This document shows, piece by piece, positions 18,571-28,400 of a stretch of DNA of 64,000 bases. Source of the stretch: Minisyncoccota bacterium (GTDB lineage: Bacteria > Patescibacteriota > Minisyncoccia > Phycocordibacterales > UBA6065); the NCBI GenBank assembly GCA_041661645.1, contig JBAZUA010000004.1, positions 69,067 to 133,066 of the forward strand. The letters run 5' to 3'. A program made the position numbers and the translations under genes. Numbering within the stretch: position 1 is the stretch's first letter; every line of letters starts with the position of its first letter. The notes under the pieces were generated by a model that saw nothing but the letters and a program-made list of their open reading frames with translations, searched no databases and was not told the origin of the DNA.

Positions 18571-18635
18571 GAATTAAGTTGTGGTTTTTGTCGTTTGGTG
18601 TGCGTATACTGTATAGGTCTTAATATCTTATTCAT

Positions 18636-18962
18636 ATGCTTGCCCTAGCCTTATTAATGCTTTCTTTCGCTCTGGCCTTTCTCACCATGCTTGTTCTGGC
18701 GGGGGCCGGACTTGGCGGAGGAGTTTCTGGAAAGGACGCTGTTTTTCTCAATATCCTAATAATATTGACCGCTGGCTCTTTTGTTTCGGCGATAGTTTCG
18801 TTTTTTTCGACACCTCGTCACGAGCAGTCGGGACAGGCGTCATCAGAAAAACAGCTTAAAAGCCGCAGAAGAGTCCGTATTGTTTTGATAACATCGATTA
18901 TTTTTGTTGGATCTGTGTTTCTCCTCCTATACGGATCGGCCTACTTTGTCAGGATGAGATAA
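18636..18962 (+). CDS. small membrane protein (3 predicted TM helices)
   Basis: 108 aa and hydrophobic throughout. Confidence 0.45.
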   Translation: MLALALLMLSFALAFLTMLVLAGAGLGGGVSGKDAVFLNILIILTAGSFVSAIVSFFSTPRHEQSGQASSEKQLKSRRRVRIVLITSIIFVGSVFLLLYGSAYFVRMR

Positions 18963-18984
18963 TCGATATCGTATTACGGGTACC

Positions 18985-19006
18985 TGACCCGAGTAGCCCG
19001 CACTCG
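18985..19006 (+). repeat. short fragment F of the repeat family
   Basis: gacccgagtagcccgcactcgg resembles the acccgagt(a/g)gcccgcc core. Confidence 0.35.
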
Positions 19007-19449
19007 GCTGTCTGCTCTATTTCTTCGTTGATTCTCAGATGGCTCTTCTCGTCGTGTAGGTCGTCCTCGGCATTGGCATCGCCATTGTCAGTCCGGCCTT
19101 CGACGCCACCTATTCCCATTACGTGAGTTCGGAGAGGAAGGCCTCTGACTGGGGAGCCTGGGGGGGGGTCGCGGGGAGCATTGTTGCCGACTCCTTTGGT
19201 TTTCACACGCTTTTTCTCTGCATGTTCGTCGCCGCCCTCATATCGTTCCTCCTCTTCAACGATAAGGAATATCTCCGAGCCTCCGGATTCTAGGTTTTTG
19301 CACCAATCCATTTTCATGGAACGTGTGTAGATGTGAAGGCTTGCTCGAAAGGATACCTTCTTATCTTTCCTCCCTAATTTTCACACAGGAAGGCCGCGGA
19401 ACGAGGTTCTGCGGCTTTAGTTTGCTCATATGTGTGCTAAAATAGCCAA

Positions 19450-22400
19450 GTGAATTCACTCGCCAAAACCTTCAGGCCGATCATCTTTGGTTTTATTTTG
19501 GTCTCTGGCCTTTTCCTCTCCTCGCACCAGGTCGCGTTCGCGGATGTCTTGTTTCCAGGCAACATAAGTTCTTGTGGAGAACTAGCCGTTACGGGAACGT
19601 ATACTCTCACATCTGACGTCACGGCCTCGCCTGGGCAGGCCTGCTTCACGGTTTCTTCCAATGATGTGACTTTGGATGGTTTCGGATTCACTGTCTTTGG
19701 CGGCAGCGCTTGGGCAATAGATGCCAGGGCATATGACAACGATCGCGTCACCCTCACGAATGGTGCAAACGCATACACGAACCTTATCGTTAACAACATT
19801 GTCTTATCTGGATTCACTGGGGGAGTGAATATAAGTGGAAACACTGATACGAATGGATCGGGTGCGAATGCTGGTTACGGAGGTGCGGGAGGGGATGTTG
19901 CGGTGTTCTACTCGCCGTCGCTCGGCGTGACGGCGAATGGCGGGAACACCTCAACCTATGGGTACGGAGGCGTCGGAGGAAACATCTCCTTCACCGACGA
20001 GAACCTCAACATCTCGACGAGCAATATCTCCGCTCTCGGCGGTACCGGCACGACGGGTCGCAACACCGATGGGGGACTCACTCTTTCATATACTGGGACT
20101 TTTGCACATTCAAATGTCACCCTGAGCACTCTTTCATATCTTAACGAGAACCTAACCTCATTCGGAACATATGTTGGTGGTACCTATCCGATTGTTCCTG
20201 GCACCGTCTCTTCTTGTGGAACTCTCGCAGGGTCGGGAACTTATACTCTTGCTCAGGATATTACAAATATCTCTGGTACTTGTTTTACTCTTAACTCAAA
20301 CGACGTCTTAATTAATGGAGCAGGTTATTCGATCATCGCAGCACCATCGAATACATCTTTCGCCGTACGAGCAGGAAGCTTCTCTGGCCTCACTATCGCA
20401 TCGACGACTGTTACAGACTTTTCAAACCTAGTTATCTCAAGCTCGACAGTGACCATCTCAGGAAACAATCTTGATCTTTCAAATCAATTTATTGCCGCTG
20501 GATCTCTTACTCTTTCATATACAGGGTCATTGACGAAGACGGGTGCGACAGCCACAGCTTTTAGCGCGCTTACGGTGAATGGTACAAGTTATGGGGCACA
20601 GGCTGCGGGAGTTTTGATGGATTGGGTGGTAAGGGAACAGAGCAGGGGCTGGCGGGGCATCACCTCCTCCGCCGACGGCACGAGGCTTGTCGCGGGTGTC
20701 TATGGCGGCCAGATCTACACATCCGCCGACTCCGGCGCCACCTGGACCGCCCGCGACTCGGCCAGGAACTGGTACTCCGTCACGTCCTCCGCCGACGGAA
20801 CCAGGCTTGCCGCCGTGGTTTTAAGCGGCCAGATCTACACCTCGACAGATTCCGGAGTCACCTGGGCGGCCCGCGACTCGGTCAGGAACTGGTACTCCGT
20901 CACGTCCTCCGCCGACGGCACAAAACTCGCGGCGGTAGTCTCTGGCGGACAGATCTACACCTCGACCAATTCCGGCGCCACATGGAGCGCCCGAGATTCA
21001 AACAGGAGCTGGCAATCTGTCGCCTCCTCCGCCGACGGCACAAAACTCGCGGCGACGGTGAATGGCGGCCAGATCTACACCTCGACAGATTCCGGAGTCA
21101 CCTGGGCGGCCCGCGACTCGGTCAGGAACTGGTACTCCGTCACGTCCTCCGCCGACGGCACAAAACTCGCGGCGGTTGTTTACGGCGGACAGATCTACAC
21201 TTCCACCGATTCTGGTGTCACCTGGACCGCCCGCGACTCGGTCAGGAGCTGGCGATCTGTCGCCTCCTCCGCCGACGGCACGAGGCTTGTCGCGGGTGTC
21301 TATGGTGGCCAGATCTACACATCCACCGACTCCGGCGCCACATGGAGCGCCCGCGACTCGGCCAGGAACTGGTACTCCGTCACCTCCTCCGCCGACGGAA
21401 CCAGGCTTGCCGCCGTGGTTTTAAGCGGCCAGATCTACGCCCACCAGGATGACCCTGCTTCATTCGCTGTGGATATTCTTGTGCCTGTTTCAAGTTCAAC
21501 TGTATCTACCTGGTCTCCAATTGTCTCTTGGGGCACCGCCACATCCTGTTACTACTCGTATAATAATTTTACTTCAACTTCTACGGCAAACTGTGCATTG
21601 AACGGTTCTGATATTTCAAATCCAGGATACGGAGATCGTACATTATATGTGAAAGGCATTGATGCTAATGGGACAATCATTCAGAAAAGCTCTACCTATT
21701 ATTTAGGGCTTCCAATTACACCTATATATCCAATCGCGGGAACCACAGCCACATCTTCAGTTTTTTCTGTTAATTGGGATCCCACAAACGCAGGAAACAT
21801 CACTTCCTGTTATTACTCCTACGACGACTTCATCTCGACTTCGACCGCAAACTGTGCTTCGGAGGGTTCTGACATCTCTGTTCCTGTAGATGGTTCGGCG
21901 ACTCTGTATCTAAAAGCAGTTGATTCAAATGGATTGATAGGTAATTCGAATACTTCATTCATTTATCCTTTTTATTTTGCCCGCGACTCGAACAGGAGCT
22001 GGCTTTCCATCACCTCTTCTTCCGACGGGACCAGGCTCGCCGCGGTTGTTACTAACGGACAAATCTATACGTCCACCGACTCAGGTTCCACATGGACCGC
22101 TCGGGAGTCTAATAGGAACTGGCGTGGCATCACTTCTTCCGCCGACGGAACCAAGCTCGCCGCGTTTGTTCAGAATGGTCAGATTTACACTTCCACCGAT
22201 TCTGGTGTCACCTGGACCGCCCGCGACTCGAACAGGACGTGGTATGGTATCACTTCTTCCGCCGATGGAACCAAGCTTGCCGCTATTGTGAGTGGTGGAG
22301 GCCAGATTTACACTTCCACCGATTCTGGTGTCACCTGGACCGCCCGCGACTCGAATAGGAGCTGGTATTCTGTCACCTCCTCATCCGACGGCACCAAGCT

Positions 22401-25400
22401 CGCCGCGGTTGTGAGTGGTGGTCAAATCTACTCCTCGACCGACAGTGGTGTCACTTGGACTGCTCGTGATTCGAATAGGAGCTGGTTCTCTATAACTTCT
22501 TCCGCCGATGGTACGAAGCTTGCCGCGGTTGTTTACGGTGGTCAGATTTACACCTCCACAAACTCCGGGGTCACCTGGACCGCCCGCGACTCGAATAGGA
22601 CGTGGTATGACATCACTTCTTCCGCCGATGGTACGAAGCTCGCTGTGGTTGTTAACAGCGGACAGATTTACACTTCCACCGATTCTGGTGTCACCTGGAC
22701 TGCCAGGGACTCGAGCAGGAACTGGCTCTCGATTACCTCCTCCGCTGACGGCACAAAGCTTGCTTCGGTTGTTGGTGGTGGCCAAATATATACCCATCAA
22801 GATATCAACCCTTCTTTAAAGGTTGACCTGATTACACCTTCTTCTGGCGCGACACTCAGTTCCTGGTCTCCAACTGTTTCCTGGGGCACCGCCACATCTT
22901 GCTACTACTCATATGACAATTTCACCTCTACCTCCACAGCCAATTGTGCGTTGGGTGGTTCTGATGTTTCTAATCCAGGACTTGGATCAAAGACCCTATC
23001 CCTAAGAGGTATAGATTTAAATGGAACCATTGTTCAGAAAGATACAACTTTCTCTTTTGGTGTTCCGTCCGCTACTAATCCGACAGACTCCGCTGTCCTT
23101 ACTTTGTGGAACCCATCTATCAACTGGGATCCTGCCTCTCTGGGAAATATTTCGAGTTGCTATTATTCGTACGATAACTTTATTTCGACATCAACCGTAG
23201 ATTGTCTGGGAACGGGTTCTGATATTTTCTCTCCGACGGTTGACGGAACATCGACTCTTTCCTTGAAGGTTTCCGATTCAAATGGGAATATCGGCACCAC
23301 CAGCATTGCCTTCAGCTTCCTTTTCAGCTGGACGTCTCATGGCCCGTCAGCCGATTGGAACGGTCTCGCCGCTTCTTCGGATGGGATGAAGCTTATTGCT
23401 GCTCCTTGGGGCGGTAATTTGCAAACGTCATCCGATGGTGGCCTTACCTGGGTGGACAGGGGCAACAACAATTTGTGGACACAAGCCGCGTCTTCGGCTG
23501 ACGGTACAAAGTTGCTCGTCGGTGCCTGGACCGGCAGGTTGCAGATGTCTACGACATCGGGGGCCACATGGTTCCTGACGGGTCCCAGTGCGAACTTCTA
23601 TTCGGCTGTCGCGGCCTCTGCCGACGGAACGGTTTTGGCCACCAGCATTTACAATGCAGGTTCCCGAATATATGTATCAACAGATAGCGGCACAAATTGG
23701 GTTGCTCGCGGACCGGTTCTTGCGACGGGGTGGAATGATCTCACTATTTCTTCGAATGGGGCAAAGATGGCCGCTGTCCCTCAGGGCTCAAATCAGATTT
23801 ATACCTCCACCGACTACGGCGTCACCTGGACCGCCCGTGATTCAAATAGGAGTTGGTCCGCTATTAGATCATCGGCTGATGGTGTCAAGCTCATTGCCTT
23901 CGCGGGAAGTCAGATATACGTGTCTTCAGACTCAGGGATCACTTGGACTGCACGGGGACCTAGCAAGACATGGTCGTTTGTCGCCATATCGGGAGACGGG
24001 AGCAAGCTCGCAGCTACCGTCAACAGTAACGGTCAGGTGTGGACATCAAACGACTTTGGCTTGACTTGGACCGCTCGAGAATCAGCGAGGGCGTGGAAGG
24101 AAGTCGTCTTTTCAAACGATGGGTCCAGACTTGCTGTGGCTGTAAGTAATGCTCAGATATACACCTTCAACTCAAATCCCTCCGCTCTTTCCATTTCCCG
24201 GCCAGTGTTTGGGGAAAGTGTTCTTTATAAAAACTGGTCACCCCTCGTGAACTGGAGTACATCGGTATCCTGTTATTATTCTTACAACAACTTCAGTTCC
24301 ACTTCTACCGCATCATGTCTCAACGTTGGGTCTGATATCCTTCCTCCTTCAAGCCAAGGTGTTCAGACTTTATATGTTCGTGGCATAGACGGATCTGGGG
24401 TCATAACGACTGTGAATACGACGTTTGATTTTGACTTTATCTTAACTGCTCGCGATTCAACTAGGAATTGGGTTTCCATCACATCTTCCTCCGACGGCAC
24501 CAAGCTCGCCGCCGTTGTCAACAATGGTCAGATATACACCTCCACGAACTCCGGCGTAAACTGGACCGCCCGCGACTCGAATAGGAGCTGGCGTTCTGTC
24601 ACATCCTCATCCGACGGCACCAAGCTCGTCGCCGTTGTCAACAGTGGTCAGATATACACCTCCACGAACTCCGGCGTAAACTGGACCGCCCGCAACTCAA
24701 ATAAGAATTGGTGGTCTGTCACCTCCTCATCCGACGGCACCAAGCTCGCCGCGGTGGTGAATGGCGGACAGATATACACCTCGACTGACTCAGGTGTCAC
24801 CTGGACCGCCCGCGACTCGAACAGGAGCTGGTATTCTGTCACCTCCTCATCCGACGGCACCAAGCTAGCCGCGGTGGTGAGCGGCGGCCAGATATACACC
24901 TCCACGAACTCCGGCGTAAACTGGACCGCCCGCGACTCGAACAGGACGTGGAATGGTATCACATCTTCCTCCGACGGAACCAAGCTCGCCGCGGTGGTGA
25001 ATGGCGGCCAGATATACACCTCCACGAACTCCGGCGTAAACTGGACCGCCCGCGACTCGAACAGGACGTGGTACGGTATCACTTCTTCCGCCGACGGAAC
25101 CAAGCTCGCCGCCGTTGTCAACAATAGTCAGATATACACCTCGACTGACTCAGGTGTCACCTGGACCGCCCGCGACTCGAATAAGAGTTGGTGGTCTGTT
25201 GTCTCGTCCTCTGACGGTGCAAAGTTGTTCGGAGTCGTTCTGAACGGTCAGATTTACACCTCGGCCCTTTTACCAACAGTCACGTCACCTGCGGCCGGTG
25301 CAACCGTAAACTCTTGGGCACCGGTCGTTTCTTGGGACAGATCATCTTCTTGTCAGTACTCATATGACAATACGAACTGGACCACAGCTTCCTGCACGGG

Positions 25401-28400
25401 TACGGGATCAGAGATAGCCGTCCCTTCATCGATAGGTTCTTTGGTTCTATACATACAAGGAACTGATTTTCTGGGAACTGTCGCTACCTCAAGCTCTTCA
25501 TTCACCTATCTGCCCTTACTCACATCATCCGTCAGTGGTTGTGGGGCGATAGCTTCTTCCGGCACATATACGCTCTCAGGTGACATATCGGGAGTGACGG
25601 GCACCTGTTTCGTGGTCAGTGCCAATAACGTAACTATTAATGGGGCGGGGCATTCGATAACCGCGGCTGGAGGAAACACGAGCTACGCTATTTCTGCCGG
25701 GAATTCATCAAACCTTGTTCTTCAGGACATTTCAATCTCAGGATTCGGTGGTGGACTCGTCAATTCGTATTCAAGCGTTTCCTACACCGGCACCGACGTA
25801 ACCTTCTCTACAACCACAGCAAGCACACTCTCGGTCATTTATACAGGTACCCTTAACGCGATTGAAACCACCGTCTCAAATCTTTTGAGTTTTGTAATAA
25901 ACTCAGTTGATCTCCAGTCGTTTGTTGCTGGACTATTCTCTTGGTCTCAACAGAGCATATCTTCTTGCGGCGCCCTCTCGAGCTCAGGCGTCTACACCCT
26001 CACTCAGGATATATCAAACGTGTCGGGAACCTGTTTCACCATAGGTGCGCGAGCGGTGATCATTGATGGAGATGGTCACACGATCACGGGGGCGAATGGC
26101 AATACTGACTTTGCGTTTGTCGCAACCTCGACAAACGCAAATGCTTACTCGAACATTGCGGTCAAGAATCTCACGCTCGTTGGCTTTAGTGGTGGTGTCG
26201 ACGCGCGCGGCGCCGATGGGGTCACGGGTGATGTATCAGGCAAGCTCGGTGGCAATGTCTCTCTTTACAGCGTAACGTTTCCTACAAGCACGATATCCGT
26301 TGACGCTTCCGGCGGAGATGGCTTCTACGAAAACAACACGACGGCCGAAGGTGGATACGCGGGCGATGTTAAGGCTGTTGATTCGACCCTTGGCGCCGTT
26401 ATCATGAACGGCGGTGATACGAATGGAGACTTGGCTATTGGAAGCAATAATGGGGCTGTTGGTGGGGGAACCCCAGGTTCTCTTTCAAGCATCAATTCAA
26501 CAATAACCCTTACGACGGCAAATTACGGAGGGGCGTATACGCCTGGTTGCATGGACAATTCGTTTACTAATTACGATTCGTCCGCGACATATGACGATGG
26601 AACCTGTACCAACCTTACGATTGGGACGGAGATAGGCAATCCCGCGAACAGCACCATCTCGGGACCGATAGCCTTCTGGGGCTTCTCGAACTCGGGAGTA
26701 ATAGAAGGGGATGCCGAGTATCATGGCATGGATCAATTCTTCGGTAGTTATTATGGTTACGACACTCTTGGAAATATTGGGACAACGACAGGATTTGCCA
26801 ACTTCGTAGATGATTATAATTATGGTGGCGGACCAAACAACTATGGATATGTTGGGGGAGGGGCGAATTTCACCTATTACACAAGTAATTACGGTACGAT
26901 TGATGGTGCCACCATCTTCCAATACGGAAGTAATAACGGAATTATAAATGGCAGCGCCGACTTTACCCAGAACGGAAGTTATGCGGGTTATAACTACGGC
27001 ACAGTGAATGGTGATGCGACGTTTTTTGGTTCCCCGAACGGTTTCGGTACCTACAATTATGGTACTGTGACGGGAACCACGTATTATTACTACGGATGCG
27101 CTAATCCTACGGCCTATAATTATGAGTCTACTGCTTTAAATGACGATGGATTCTCCTGTCAGTATGTCGGTTCGAATCTGGATAACCCTTCTGGTAACAC
27201 TGTCCTCGGACCAATCTATTTCTACGGCCTCTCGAACTTCGGCACCGTGACTGGTGACGCATTCTTCTATTCCGGTGGTGCAAACCAGCCCGACGGAATT
27301 GTCACGGGCAACGCCGACTTCACGAACGGCGGCAGCGATCAGGGCTTCAATTACGGCACCGTTCAAGGTGATGCGACGTTTCAGCATAGTCCTGATGATT
27401 ACTATGGCTACCCTAGCTTTAACCAGGGAACCGTATCGGGAAGCACCTACTATTACTATGGATGCATGGATCCAAACGCGTCAAATTACAATGCGGGTGT
27501 TCTGAACGATGACGCGACTTGCCTCTACTTTGGATCAAACGCTGATCTTCCTGCTGGGAGGACTGCGACCGGACCAATTACCTTTACCGGTGGTTATTCA
27601 AACTACGGCACGGTGAACGGCGACGCGACGTTCGATGTCGGCAGCTATAACTTCGGCACCACGACGGGTGCTGCGACATTCAATGAGTTTACTTCGAATG
27701 CCGGAGTGTTGAGCATTGACGGAAGCTTTACCTTCAATGGTACGGGTATTGTTGGTGGGACGATATATGACGTCAATGCCGCGCCGATAGTTTCGTTCGA
27801 GTTCAGCAACGGCTCCGTGAACTCCTATACGGTGACGGGTGGCAGTACTTTCGACGATGGGACATATAACATCGGCGAGGTTGTTGGCACCGCCACGTTT
27901 GCTGGTTCTTCATACAATGAAGGCACGGTGACTGGTGACGCCCTGCTCAATGACGGCTCATTCAATCTGGGTTCCGTCTCGGGTGATGCCTTTTTCAACA
28001 CCACCTACTACGCTTCCACCACGCCATCGGGCGGCATATTCTCCCTCGAGAACGCTCCTTGGCAGGGAAGCATTGGCGGTGTCGTGTACGGTTCGGACAG
28101 CAATCCCATAACAGAGTATAGATTCTACGGAGGGAACTTCAATTCCAGCACGATACTGGGTAACGCGGTCTTCAATTCATCCTCGTATAATAGCGGCATA
28201 GTGACAGGAAATGTCCTGTTGAACGATACGGGTTATAACGTGCGTACCGTAAACGGAGACCTCACCCTCAACACCACCTACTACGCTTCCACCACGCCGT
28301 CCAATGGCTTGATGGTCATTGCGGACAACACCTGGCAGGGAAGTGTCGGGGGAACCATATATGGTTCAGATAATCTCCCGATCACGAACTTCAGTTTCAT

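Noticed and set aside
14340-19010. Integron cassette array (attC sites) interpretation of the inter-ORF repeats
   Set aside because: Repeats lie 5' of ORFs and carry promoters, are about 200 bp with a TIR pair unlike the attC R''-L''/L'-R' architecture, and no intI/attI is present upstream. Kept only as a generic cassette-like hypothesis.
18949-19317. 122-aa minus-strand ORF in the GC-rich spacer before the first giant gene
   Set aside because: No start context or motifs, acidic low-complexity translation; could be a real small gene, but not supportable from sequence alone.
20622-25124. Numerous 80-276 aa ORFs in other frames/strands within the giant genes (e.g. 20622..21452 +, 21062..21424 +, 22381..22800 -, 24648..25124 -, 34711..35205 -, 36031..36465 -)
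   Set aside because: Products are repetitive R/P/G-rich strings that simply mirror the 120-bp coding repeats of the true frame; no independent support.
20640-25260. Possibility that the regular tandem repeats are a CRISPR array
   Set aside because: The repeats are 120 bp, in-frame, encode Asp-box propeller blades and have no short spacer/repeat alternation; no cas genes nearby.
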